A DNA stretch of 63,175 nucleotides, counting the filler, from Lenisia limosa (taxonomy: Eukaryota > Protista > Breviatea), in the NCBI GenBank assembly GCA_001655205.1. It is 13 parts of 13 records of this genome, joined end to end, with 100 filler letters (N's around TTAATTAATTAA, not from the genome) between each part and the next. Parts side by side here need not be neighbours in the genome. Positions count along the whole stretch, not along the records: positions 22,787 to 26,271 come from LPNZ01003650.1; positions 26,372 to 27,640 come from LPNZ01010695.1; positions 27,741 to 46,924 come from LPNZ01006270.1; 10 more parts are not named here. One strand, written 5' to 3'. Under the pieces are notes generated by a model. It was not told the DNA's origin. It saw nothing but the letters and a program-made list of their open reading frames with translations, and searched no databases. The stretch's first letter is position 1; every line of letters starts with the position of its first letter. The translations under genes and the position numbers were made by a program. Of the stretch, positions 24,832 through 37,719 are shown in pieces.

Positions 24832-25303
24832 GGTGTCAATTGTTAAGGTCTATCATGTAACAAATGTAACTACTACCGTTTTCTCTGGTGTTTTGCTCTT
24901 TCTTGAGGTTGGATTCTCCAAAGAATATCATCTTACCCCATCACTAGAGATTCCCAACAAAGACTAAATTTCTCGATAAATCCTCGATAAATATCGATAT
25001 TTTACCAGTCTTTTACCACAGTAAAGCCCTACCCATCACCCATCGGACAGACCAAAAGTTCAATGAATTGTGAAGGAACCGTTGAATTAGATGTGAAATC
25101 TTCATACATAACTAATATACAATAAAGGACTACTTAGATGGTTCTACAATGATGAGCAAAGGTGGAGTGGGGGCAAAAAATAAGACTATAAAGAAGAAAC
25201 AAATACGATCAAATAATTCAAACAGGTAAGCAATTGACGAACGAAGCAGCTTTTGAGATCAGAAACTTATGTAATGTTATAATTCAGTTTAACACCTCAT
25301 CTA

Positions 25304-25374
25304 AGGCTCCACTTCAGTTCGAAAAACGAAAACTATCGATATGTTCCGGTCTTTTTCGAACCGAAGTGAAGCCC
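25304..25374. mobile_element. Family A MITE, deleted copy
   Basis: aggctccacttcagttcgaa...ttcgaaccgaagtgaagccc. Confidence 0.75.
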
Positions 25375-25589
25375 TCATCATAATATTCTTCAGTATAACA
25401 CCACATATCCTCCATTATGAGACCACACATCAGCTCACCTGGGCGTTTGAGTGGGGAAGAAGGCTTTTGCGGCTAAATGGTCACAAGGATGTAGTGAAGG
25501 TGAATGGGCAAAAACGAAGTAAGGAACAAAAAAAGGGGACTTTGTTAATTCGCTTCCAGCTTTCACCCCCCTTTTTTTAACACCGATTT

Positions 25590-25683
25590 GGGCTTTTTTT
25601 TTGTTTCATAAATTTACCAATTTTACACCCTTGTGTGTTGTCAGCCAACAGATTTGATTGTCCAATTTTACTCCCTCCCCCCA
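25590..25683 (+). repeat. Family B module, rearranged (tail-middle-tail)
   Basis: tttcataaatttaccaattttacaccc-ttgtgtgttgtcagccaacag...ccaattttactccctcccccc. Confidence 0.7.
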
Positions 25684-26454
25684 CCAATTGCGGAGTGGCC
25701 GGGGTCGGTTGTGGCGGCTGGACCGGCTGAGAGGTTAGTGAGGTAAAAGGAAGTTTGTTTAAGGCGTAATGATAGCGATAGAGGAAGTTTGTTTAAGACA
25801 GGTTATGGGAAGTTTGTTCAAAGGTGTAGTTTATTTAAGAACAAGAAAGCGGTTCAAAGCGTGATGGTGTGGACGGCTTCGGCCACACACACAACTTTTA
25901 TTTTATTTCTCATTGCTATATATTTGTGGAGAGAAAGAGATCAACTTGCTTCGTAACGGAACACCTACCAGTTGGGGCAATACATCAACGGGTTTTGGTG
26001 GGGAAACAATGGGCTGAGGCAGGGACGGTGCATTCTGGATTATTAGGATTGGGATGACAGGGATGAGTAGTGATATGATCATATGATCGACTTTCAAGTC
26101 TAAATGATGAACGAAAATATCAAGTGGGTTCATCCCGGGCGGATCAGAAAATGACCCAAAAATTATAAGATTCTCGAAATTATGAACATACTTTTGTTTT
26201 GAGAGCGGAGAAAATGGATGGTTGGTTCTAAGGATAAGTTAGTAATATATTGCAATGAGAAATAAAAAAATNNNNNNNNNNNNNNNNNNNNNNNNNNNNN
26301 NNNNNNNNNNNNNNNTTAATTAATTAANNNNNNNNNNNNNNNNNNNNNNNNNNNNNNNNNNNNNNNNNNNNCCCACAAACACATACACATCTTAGCACTT
26401 TCCACCCCCCGGGCCACATAGCTATATATAATTATATATCATATGATATGATAT

Positions 26455-27620
26455 ATCTGAGCTTAACCCTCACCATATCTTGTGAGTCGCTGAGCTTGGG
26501 CTGGAACACGATTTTCAGCTGCGACTGCGATGCTAATACATCCTTTGTAGCCTGGGGGGGGGGGGGTAAATTGGGAAATTTATGAAANNNNNNNNNNNNN
26601 NNNNNNNNNNNNNNNNNNNNNNNNNNNNNNNNNNNNNNNNNNNNNNNNNNNNNNNNNNNNNNNNNNNNNNNNNNNNNNNNNNNNNNNNNNNNNNNNNNNN
26701 NNNNNNNNNNNNNNNNNNNNNNNNNNNNNNNNNNNNNNNNNNNNNNNNNNNNNNNNNNNNNNNTGAAACAAAACATAATCAAACCATGTAGTGGTTCCTT
26801 TAGTTTCTCTAGATCTTTCTACAGTTTTTCTTGGTTTTTCTTGCTTCAAGAAGCCTTCCCCCACCTTCTCGCCTGGTCTCAGGGCGGACTCCACGGCGTT
26901 GTCTCCTCGATCCAGGGCTTCGAACGGTAGTTCAAAGGATGCCAGCTCCCTTTCTGGGGGGGGGGGTAAAAGTGGAAATATATATGAAAAAAAATAAAAA
27001 TAATAAGCCCAGGGGAGGAGGGAGAGGAATAGTGGTACAGGATTCTGTTAAAGGGAGAAAGGGCAAAACTCAGGGCTGAGGAAGCTGAAACGACTTTATT
27101 GAACAATATAGAGACTTGGATAAGTCTTGACTGACAAGGAAAATCGGTCAAGACTTATCCCGGTCAGTGTATGGCTGAATACAATGGTATACTTTACTAA
27201 GAAAACATAAACTGGTGGTGGTTGGTGGAATAATACGGACATTGTAGTTCAGATATCAAGTGATGACAGCCCTTCAAACCCCTATTGGGAAGCACGCAGA
27301 AAAGGCCCCATTTCGTGCAGTCTATTCCCTTCATCTTATGGACAATCTAGACGGTAAGCTGCATCAATAGGAAGACGAAATGAAAGACAGTTGTTATTGG
27401 CCAAAGCCGTCCAACCATCACGTTTCATATAATATTGCGAATTTCTCGATGAATATTGATATTTTACCGGACTTTTTCGGACAGAAGGGAAGCCCTGGAT
27501 ATAGTATCAGGCTGAAGCACCACTCATACCATATTGGAGATATCGGATGCGTCAGACCAGGGGTACACAGACAGGCTCTTGAAGGTGCCGTCTGGCGTGT
27601 AGACCTTCAGGATCTTCTAC
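26455..27620 (-). CDS. Ras-association (RA/ubiquitin-like) domain protein, partial
   Basis: Exons KILKVYTPDGTFKSLSVYPWSDASDISNM / IVHKMKGIDCTKWGLFCVLPNRG resemble an RA domain; downstream exon ...VGEGFLKQEKPRKT...W. Confidence 0.45.
26552..26587 (-). repeat. Family B 3' tail forming the acceptor
   Basis: Minus strand tttcataaatttcccaattta-C(n)-AG|gctac. Confidence 0.75.
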
Positions 27621-28559
27621 AACGAGTGAGCAAATGCAAANNNNNNNNNNNNNNNNNNNNNNNNNNNNNNNNNNNNNNNNNNNNTTAATTAATTAANNNN
27701 NNNNNNNNNNNNNNNNNNNNNNNNNNNNNNNNNNNNNNNNATTGCAAAGGACGCAGTGGCAAGCCAGGTGGGGAGGATGATGGATGACTGCATCTTGGTC
27801 ATTCATGGAATCTGGTACATTCACAGGGATGGTTTTGAAATGAAGGAAAAATTTGGACGAAGCCGTCCACACTCATATTTATTAGGGGTATTGATTAATG
27901 CGGCATTGAAAGATTAGTAGTATGTCGCCTTTCAAAAGCATTATCATCAATAATACACCAAGCCTTTACGTTGTAGGTGAACAAGATACTCTCAAGGTAC
28001 CAGCAGTCCAAAAATAATGTCCCTGACGTAAGGGGTTTGAAGAACAACCTGTCCCAATATTATATTTCAATAATACCCAGTTTTCAATCTAAGAAGTTGA
28101 ATATTCGAATATTTTCAATTGGGTATACTTTCCTACCAGCTTGAATCAAGAAAATATGGTTCTCCCCGAACCATTAGTATTTTTGGCAGCTTTTTTTTTT
28201 TGCACTCACCTCAGCCACTATCTTTTACCCCCAAGCTCTGTTTTTTTTTGTTTTCAACCCTTGTNNNNNNNNNNNNNNNNNNNNNNNNNNNNNNNNNNNN
28301 NNNNNNNNNNNNNNNNNNNNNNNNNNAGCCAACAAAGCTTATTTTGGGCTTGTTTTTATTTCAAAAATTTCCAATTTCACTCCCCCCCGCACTCTATCCT
28401 GAGTGTTAGTTTTGATGCCGCTTCTGCCACATCACCGGATTCTATTCACCTTGCTGCATTTTTCACACTTATTAACAAATGAAACTGTGCGTTTTATATA
28501 TATATAGTTACATTTCACTCTTATTGTTCATGATATGTTATATATTACCCCCGCCGGTT

Positions 28560-28992
28560 TAATTTTGTTGCTCCGATAGCGGCCTTCTTTCACTGTGGTA
28601 CAAAACGGTGATTGAAGTATACCTACTTTGGTTATTGTGCCCAGATAGATTTTATCTAACCTCTGCAGGTACGCTGGATAGATGGGATGCGGTGCTCTAG
28701 CCTGGGCTTTGTTTGTTTTGTTGTCACCAACCCTTGTGTGTAATCAGCCAACAGAGTTGATTTGGGTATTTTATATTTCATAAATTTTCCAATTTTACTC
28801 CCCCTCCCCCCCACACTCACGCTCTTTGTAACCCTCCAGAGCTCAGCCCGGGATTCGNNNNNNNNNNNNNNNNNNNNNNNNNNNNNNNNNNNNNACAAAG
28901 TAGAGGTTGGTTTCAGAGTTGAAAGGCAAAAGAGTGGTAATGAAAACAGTAACATTGCATTTGCTACAATACCTGATAAGTGGGAGTGTTAG
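28560..28992 (+). CDS. Unidentified gene, internal exons flanking the B-element intron
   Basis: Exon GLLSLWYKTVIEVYLLWLLCPDRFYLTSA, intron 28669-28839, then ELSPGF...KVEVGFRVERQKSGNENSNIAFATIPD. Confidence 0.35.
28669..28839 (+). mobile_element. Family B element constituting an entire GT-AG intron (introner-like)
   Basis: cag|GTacgctggatagatgggatgcggtgct...cagccaacagagttgatttggg...ttcataaattttccaattttactcccc...ctccAG|agc. Another B tail lies at 28327-28390. Confidence 0.75.
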
Positions 28993-29037
28993 TACGGTAG
29001 GCTAATGTCAGCTTGTTATACTATTTTACTATTATTG

Positions 29038-29190
29038 GTATGCTGGGGAGGCACGTTGAAAGCTGTGTGCACAGAGTTGTAAGTTAAACGATTGGGTGAA
29101 TTAATATAATACTATAAATTCAATATCTCTTATAAGTGATGGTGTGGACGGCTTCTGCCAGATATAACCTTGTTTTTTATTTCTCAATTC
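29038..29190 (+). repeat. Family C module (full length)
   Basis: gtatgctggggaggcacgttgaaagctgtgtgcacagagttgtaag...gtggacggcttctgccagatataaccttgttttttatttctc. Confidence 0.9.
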
Positions 29191-29390
29191 TATTTATATA
29201 TTTATATGTAGCATAAAATCTATTTTTAATCTGTTTAATCTGAAGACCTAGCGTAATAGTTTACATCCTCTTGTAATTAATAATATGCTCACTTGGATAA
29301 TTATTAATAAATAACAGAGTTGATATCCTTGTTTTTAGCTGCAAGCATTCCCTTTTTTTTCCTCACCACATCTGATTCAAGTAGCTTATC

Positions 29391-32300
29391 CTAGATTTTG
29401 AAGATGAATTCAAAGTGTCGATATCGGACCGACAAATGACAAAGATGGAGTCCAAGAATGATGCAGTCAACATCATCACTGATTGCCTCAAGGACCAGTC
29501 CGGTTTGCCGGTATATGTTTAATATTGGGAAGGGGGAAATAAAAAAACGAGCGGTCTTGTTCCAATATCAGTTCAAACAGTCGAGAAAAGACCGCTTTTT
29601 TGACAAGCTCACATGCCTCTTTTTGGATATGCAACCTTCACTGTTTAGGCCTGGATGTCACCGAAACAGACCAAAGTGAAGAGGTGGGTAATTGGTTTTG
29701 GGTTTTTGCTTACAAATACAGGATTTCGGGTAGCGTGATTCTGACAGTTATGGTAAGGAATTTCAGTTGAAAGTGGCCAAGAGAAAAAGATCTAAGAGTA
29801 CATTAATCAACCTTAAAATAGTGTAGCATTTGTAACAATACATGATAGTTTCCGTTATAATGAGAGGTAAACTTTGTTGGGGTGTGAACGTTTGAGGCGA
29901 CAATGGATACCATGAAGACAAAAGCGGAACTGTGGTACCTGAATCGTGAGAATGGGCGGTTTGTATCTTTTCAAGGGACTAAAGAGGCTGTATAGCTCAA
30001 TATAAAAAAACGTTGAGGATTATGATTATTTGAAAAAATCCTTGATCCGAAAAAAGGGTAACATGACCAACCGCGGGGATGGAATGAAGATGGACAAATC
30101 CCGAGTACACTGGAATTGGTGATGTGGAGTGAGGCGGCTACAGGGTGAGGAAGGGTGAGGAACAGGATTTACATGTACATACACATACATAGAACAAGGA
30201 ACACGCAGTATAAAAAAGGCGAATTATGCGTTTGAACAGAAGCCAACTTTGTACTTGGTAATAAGGGCATCAAGATCAACTCCAGCACTTTGAAGCTCGG
30301 TTACAATTTTGACTCCGGTCCACGCATCAAGAGCTGAAAACCATGATGAGATAGCCTCTTGAAAATATTGTATTATATGCCCCATTTCACTCATCAATTT
30401 ATTGTTTTTTTTTATATCTAAATGGTTCCAAAAAGACTAAATTCCTGATAAATCTGATAAATTTTGATATTTTACTCGTCTTTTGTACAGGAATGTCTAT
30501 TGAGCCCCTCCCTCATCAGGCCCGTTCTCACCAGCATAAACAAGCTGCCCTTCTGAAAGAGGCCGTTTCTCCCAATTGCTGCATTGATACACCTTATTCA
30601 AAGGCTTGCCACATGATGCATTTGTCTGCAGTATTAGTAGGTTGAAATAAATGAACAATGAAACATAGTAAATCCGAGCGGCGACATCATCATATTTAAA
30701 GAGACTCTTGATGTTACATCTAAATATTGATAAAGTGCTACTACCTGGTATCCAGTAAACCGCCATTAGCAGCATGTTTGAAAGTGGCAAAGAATAAACA
30801 CCCAGTCACCCAATTTGCGAGAGAGCACGTGGCAAATTCAACTGGAGGCTCCCCATTTTTTTTCTTGAGGAGGTTGATGTACTGAGCTGGTGAATATGGA
30901 AGGGGGTGGCGAGTACATACAGTGACTGTGATAAGGCCTGACACGAATACTGAGCTTTATCTTAGTCAATCGTGTCAGGACTTATCGCGGTCACTGTAAA
31001 TTGTTTGATTCTGAAGTCAAACAGCGCACCTCAGTACTAAGCTCCTTTGAAAGGTTTTGTAAGTCAATCACGTTAAAATCTCCAAGGGAAATAAAGTCAG
31101 TAGGCTCCACTAAATCATCAGGACAGACCACGCAGAGTATCAACGAGAAAAGAATAGTAATCCTGAGTTCTGCAGTTCAGCCACAAACCAGATTCTTCTG
31201 AGTGGAACACAGACGAGGGCCATGTCACATTACTCACTAACTGTTTGATAGTCTGAGGGTCAGCAGGGGTTTAACATAAAATATGATTAGAACTTCACTC
31301 AGACCAAAAGTACTCGAGGAACATTTCCCATTTAAGGAGGATATTGAAGAATATGTATACTACTATATGTGGGCCGAGTTTACAACCCCCAGCCGACTGT
31401 ATGCAAGTCAGTTCGGATGCCGACACCGCAAAACACCGCGCCAGTTGAAGAAAGGGATGACAGGAAACGGAGAATTTGCTGCTTTTGTCAGATTTTCACT
31501 GGAATAAAACCCAAATGCGAGATTAAAGCACATCCCTCAAACAGCGGGCTTCAGAGTCCGGCAGTCAAGAATGTAGGTTGTGGACAGAATGGACAACTGA
31601 ACATGAAAACACAGAGGACAGCCAAACTTGAATGATAGAGACCGGGTTGGGGTCCGGAAGCAGGTTCATGAACCACTCTGTGTCAACTCCAATATACTGA
31701 TGGTTTTCGGCGCTTCTTGAAAGTTCCTTGGAGATTAGAGCAATTATGGCTGAGATCAAATTTCATGAACCCATTATGTTGACCCTTGCAACCATGAGAG
31801 TTTGCTTCAGAAGGTCTAGGGTATCCACATAGATGATTTTCACATGAGCAGGGAAAGCCATGTATTTGCCATAGTCCAGACGCATGCCACTTTGGAACCC
31901 TGAAATGATAAGTCCACTGAGAAAACTGTCTGGAGACTCAGCACTATGATGATCAAAAGCAACAAACGTCATCTCATTGAAAACGCTACCTGCCATCCTT
32001 GGTTTGCAGATCCGAGGCAAGTTCAATTGTGAAGGCAAATATCCCCCAAACCAGGAAGGGGTGTCCCATATTCAATTTGAGGAATGCCAGTGCACTGGAA
32101 AAGAGACTCAGAACCAACCTAAATAAGCTAAGATATCGCGGCTTCAATTCTATCTTAAAATGCCATAAAAATAAAAACTATGCTTTGATTCCTGGTGAAT
32201 AACGAAAGAGATCAATTTGAAGCTCACCCCATGCATTGGTTTAAAAATACTAGCCACTCACAACAGTGCGGATAAAACTCTTGAGGGAGGAGTACATGGG

Positions 32301-35300
32301 ATCCAAAAGGGACGTTGTGTGTACAATACTGCAGATTTCAATACACGTCTGCAGTGTTAGCCTCGTGCTTCAACAACAGTTGGGCACGAAAGAAGTTGGG
32401 AAAATTCCAAATTCAAATTCTCTCAGAAGTGATTTATAAAATGAAATATCGTATTCTATAAATATATATCATAATATATACACATACGCATCACATTGAT
32501 AGAATGACCTATGAAGAGCGTGGCTAGAACCAAGGTCAACCCTCACCTGAGCAGCCTCAAAAATGGTCATTTTAGCTTCGTTACCTGATTAGATAAATTC
32601 AGGCTTCAATTCTCCCTCTTTTATGGAGGTTAAGACGTAATTTTAACACTAGCTCTTATTGCTACATTCAAACTAACCCTTATACCAGATTGCATAGTAT
32701 TGAAGGCAGGTTTCAGGTACTTGTGCTGAAGAAAACGGGACGCCTCATCAAGTTTGAACTTGATCGCCTGGGTTGTCAAACAGAAGGATGTTCATGTGGG
32801 GATATAATATAGAGAATGCAAGCCAAAAGTTATGTTGACCAAGTTGAGTCACAAAAAGTGAAACAAATACACAAAATTCAATGCAAACTGGATAGATGAT
32901 CAATTCTCAGCAGTAAATAAACATTTACAACCTTCATACAGTGACAATGAGATAATGAGGAAACAAGTACTGCTGATCCACAATTAACTTGTGATGATGT
33001 TTGTTGAGCTAAACGTATATAAATACTGGACAACTTTTCACCTCTTTCATACCGTTCCAGCATTGGAATTCTAAAAAGTGAAAACAATTCAAGAATTGAC
33101 CAATAGTTAGGGCTTTACTTAGGTTCGAAAAAAGACTGAATTTTTTGATAAATCCTCGAAAATTATCGATATTTTACTGGTATTTTTCGAACCGAAGTGA
33201 AGCCCTACCCATAGTCCAGAAGACCCACTCGAATAATTTCATCAGTAATCATTTTGCGGGTTGTTTCGTTACCGAATCCTGATTGGACGGCTTTCCTGAT
33301 GGCGGGGACAATACCTTTCTCAAACGCACAGCGTAAGGCAACCTTAACAAATGAGTCTCTGATTGAACCATGATGGTAAAGCCGTAATTACGCAGTTGTA
33401 GCAGATCACAGATTATGATAATGATCAAAGATAAAAAAACTTGTAAAAAAAATCTTAATAGAATGAACAGTATGCAACATCTTTCTAAGGAAAGTAGAAA
33501 ATGTTACTTTAAGTTGCTCAGAAAAGGTTAAAACTTGGAGGGAACTAACTTCAAAGTGTGTTGGTGACCCTTCTTTCAACAATTCAGGAAGAAGATGAAG
33601 AGCCTCCATGATAGCTGAATGTGAGTGAGTGGCATTCAACGTACCAAGGGGGGCCGGGTTAGCAGGGTTCCTTGCTTCTTCAATAATCTCCCTTCCAATT
33701 GAGAGTATGTCTATTTGGTTCTCAGATTCCCTATTCGGTCAGTTGAAGGTGTATCAAAAATTAGATGAAGCAAAATGAGAAAAGTGAATATGTATCTGTA
33801 TATGTTATAAAAAGTCAAGTCATTAGTTGCCTTCATCAAGTACAATTTACAAAAAATAGTTCTTTTGTTTAACAAAAGTGAGACAACCCAGAAAATAACA
33901 AACTTTTTCAGAAGGTAGAGCTTCGACAACAAACCTGGAATGGTAAAGAAAGATTATTCGAAGCAAAGCCGAATGTTTGACTAATACATACATATCATTG
34001 AGTATATAACATAAAAGCAAGGCGAGGATCCCTCAAACTTGAAGAAACTTCGAGCGGAACAAATGTGACGCTCTCAATAAGTGCAGCGTCCACATCTGAG
34101 TTATGATGCCGGTGTTAATTTGTGTTACTCTTTCAAAATACTTGGGGTAATTTACTGTCAATACTATGGCAATTCATCCAAAAGGACAAGTAAAATATAG
34201 ATTATATCAATAATTCACCCTGTTTTCGAAGCATTAATAAACTATGAAATCGCAGGAGTGACCCAAATAATTGCATTGGGCAACGTATCTTGTACAAAGT
34301 ATCTTTTTATGCTGCAATAAATAAGACCCAAAACTGAATTCCAATTTTCCTTCTTACAAAACCACTTCCACAAGTAATCTTCCTCAATTCCCATAGAACA
34401 CAGGAAGAAACTTGCGTTAACAAAGATCTGATGTTTATACTGCTGTCAAGTACCTTTTGGAAAATCACACTCGTTTCAATTTGATTCGGTAAATTGACGC
34501 TAACTACTTGACAGGAATATTGAAAAATAAAATAAGAACCCAAGCGAAAATTGTGATGATTACAGAACACACAGGGGCGAATGCATACCTTTAGACCTTG
34601 ATGTGATAAGGGACTTATGGGACAGGGCAGAGAACTGGGTAGCGAGAGTCTTTTCAATTGACCCAACTTCATATGTTTGCGTACTTGGGGCATAGCTTGC
34701 AACAAATGACTGGTATAAGGCCCTGGAGATATGACTTAAGTGCTGCGGATCTAATGATTAAGATGGTCAATAGAATTGAAAACCCAAAGAGCGTTTTATT
34801 TGAAGTAAGAGATAATTTGATCGTGACCTTCATTCCCTTAGTCCAACCTGACTGATGTGTAGACAAGATAAAGAATATCTTCATGAGTTGTGTCATTCAT
34901 CAGATAGCGGAATACCTAGAGATAAGATCCCACAAAGCAGGATTTTTATAAATGCTGCTTATGCCATTAGTACTTCTTTGTCATCATTCCTCCTAGTAAC
35001 ACGATAAATGTCGTCATTACTTTTATTGTTAAGAAATTACCCACCTTTAAAATAAAAGGAAAATAGGATGATTCGAGGGGATAAGTCTTGAGAAGCAGGC
35101 TCGACAATGCGGTCATCAGTTGTGGACGATTGACGATCCTGGCACTTTTTGGGTTGGGGCAGAACGGTGGTGACGGGCCCATTAATGGCTGGTTGGAAGA
35201 GGGATCCTGACAAGTGAGATTTGAAATAATTCCCCAAATGACCTGCCGTGACAAACCGCATCTTCGTCTTTAGGCAGGAAGGCATTGCAGTAAGCATTGA

Positions 35301-35421
35301 AGGACGAGATGAAGAGACTTGCAGAGGAAAGGTTGAGCGACGACTGTAGGCCTCCAAGACTGAAACCACTGGTTGTGTTGGAAGTGGGCACGATCTTGCT
35401 GGTCTTCTTCCTGGGAGGCAT
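29391..35421 (-). CDS. EXD3/mut-7-like DEDDy 3'-5' exonuclease with long N-terminal region
   Basis: ExoI YIGVDTEW..VSIIQ (about 31700), VFCGVGIRTDL (about 31410), NVIDLQNL, and SCGKPLNKVYQCSNWEKRPLSEGQLVYA + ALDAWTGVKIVTEL (ExoIII, about 30560/30330). Start MPPRKK at 35421 and the 3' end are inferred, so the span could hide two genes. Confidence 0.7.
33110..33205. mobile_element. Family A MITE (full length)
   Basis: TA-gggctttacttaggttcgaaaaaagactgaa...tttttcgaaccgaagtgaagccc-TA. Confidence 0.9.
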
Positions 35422-35863
35422 GGTCTTTAGAGAGGGGGGCTATGCAAGGTCAGTCAGGGGGAGCACTTGACAGTTTCAATCTTTTGATAAAATCATTCAC
35501 CACACGGCTTCTATGTACTAGATGATACTATGATGATGATACAAGATACAACACAACAAAAAATAAAATAAAAAACAAGGAGGGGGGGTTTGAAATTGTT
35601 TTTGAGAGGCGAGGGGTAGTTTTGAGTATTTTTTCCATGTGGAATAAGGGATTTTTAGGAATTAAGGAATACTGTGAAAGTTCATTTTATCTTTTTCACT
35701 CCCCACCCCCCTCCGTCAAAGCAACAAAACACATGACACTTGCCAAGAATAGAGATGTAGATTCCATATAAGATACCTGATAAAACTTCACTCAAGATAA
35801 CAATGCGTAAACAAAGAAACATAAAACTGGATGATAAACTAAGAAAGGGTGCAGAGTAAGTGT

Positions 35864-37241
35864 TTACTTCTTCTTGCTGGCATGAAGCAGCGCGGCCATC
35901 GCACGCACCTCTTCAAGGAAGACTGAAATAAAGTCCACTGAGTGAACAAGTGTGTCGGCCTGGAGGGGGGTGGGGGTGAACAACGAATATTGCTAGGTCA
36001 GAGTAACATAAACACGTCGAAAGAGTCTGGGTGGACAGGACGAAGCAATAATGGAGATGGCCTACCTTGGAGGTTTCACGTGAACAGGCCGGCACGAGGG
36101 TGCGAAGTTCATCAATACAGTCATTCATGATGATTCGTCGTTTTTGCTCAACCTGTACACGTCACTACTGCAACACCGAGAGCAAAGTGATAACACGAGC
36201 TATGTTTGCCCAACTCACTTCATTGTGCTTGAGCTTACGGATTTGGTCTCTTTCGTTTCCATCCCCAACTCTATTTAGGTGATAAGAGAAAAAAACAAAG
36301 AATTAAGGGAATCATGTAAGAGCACAGTAACAACATTCTAAAACAAGCAGCTGTATCATCATACCGTTTACGAGCAGGCATGGATTTGGAAGAGGCCGCA
36401 CGGTCGACATGGGGGGACGTGTAGCATGGAATGCCTTCAACCAGGCTGTTGACCGGCGACGAGGACTGCGACATGGTTCGTGAGATCTTCTGGCGTCGGG
36501 TTGGCTTGATGAAATCGTCGTCTTCGTCATCGCTAACAATGACGCGTGCTGTGCGGCTACGTGTCACAGGGACTTGTGAACGGATGGGGAGAGGTTCGTC
36601 TTCATCCCGTTCAGGAGTGCGGCGCTTCAGGGTTGGGGCGACGGGCTCGAATTTCTCATCATCGGCAAGGGGCGGGAGAAGAGTGGCGGTCTCGGGAACT
36701 ATTTCAAATTCGTCAATGTACTTACTTGGTTCAGTAGAAGTGGCAGAGGTGATAGAAGCGACTTCATCTTTGTCGTCAGTATGGAGATCGTCGTCAAATG
36801 CGGTGAAAGTTGGCTGGAACTCAGTGAAAGTCTCAACCCAGTGTCTGGATTCAGCAATCTCATCATCTTCACGAATTCGGCGGAGTTCAGCGACTCGCTG
36901 GGCCGCCCTGGTAGGATCGAGATAGGGGTAGGCGAGCTCAATTGCAGTGTAAGGATCGTCTAAAAAGTCACTATATTGAGCCCACAAAAAATTCAATGAA
37001 CCGGAAAAAGAAAAAGGGAAAGGTCACTCCTAAAAGGTTTCCCCCCTTTGCTACCTTTGAATATATACTAAAACAACACCAGCTAACCTATTTCTCCAAG
37101 ATAAGAGTCATCCCAAGCAGCTCTATTCACTTCAGGATGTTCAAAACGGTAAATAGGGTGATCCTCTGTTGGAGCCCTAATTGAAAGGACTGAGCTTCGA
37201 TCAAATAAGAACGGAGTGGATGTTTTGTGGAAAGAAGCCAT
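35864..37241 (-). CDS. bHLH transcription factor
   Basis: C-terminal RKLKHNE/VEQKRRIIMNDCIDELRTLVPACSRETSK/VFLEEVRAM bHLH motif after a long acidic/Ser-rich exon (ORF 36271-36996). Confidence 0.85.
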
Positions 37242-37719
37242 TTTGGAAGAACTTGTGAAAATACCTAAAAAAAACTAGCTGAAGGACTAGATTAAAGTAT
37301 AGCAAAATGGAATTAGGGGTTTGGAAAGGCTAGAAAGACCGGCAAGGTCAATAATCGGAGAGGGATAAGGGAGAGAGGGAGATGGAAGTTGCGGCAAGCA
37401 ATATCTATCCCAAATACACCCGCTTAAGTTCTAGTTGAGAGCGAAAAGGATTACATTATGGAAAATAGACTACTCAATAACAGTTCAGTTCGTCCAGTTC
37501 ATCAGAATTTTTCACTTTTCCGCAGCCGTACTTTTGTTTGTTTTCGGTGGCTTTTTCTTATCTGCCTTCTTCTGCAACTCTTCGCTGCATTAAATTGTCA
37601 CAGTGATTTTATAAAGGAGCAGCACGAACCGCCAAGGATTTGACTTTTCAAATGTGAGTTGAATTGAGATGTGTCAATCTACTTGTAGAACGTGACTGAC
37701 ACCACTTTAGCTCTGCACG

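Noticed and set aside
27280-27625. Plus-strand reading (MTALQTP.. / DIGCVRPG..)
   Set aside because: The minus-strand reading has clean AG/GT borders and an RA-like motif and is the better model.
36431-36925. 164-aa plus-strand ORF
   Set aside because: Antisense shadow of the bHLH gene's long exon.
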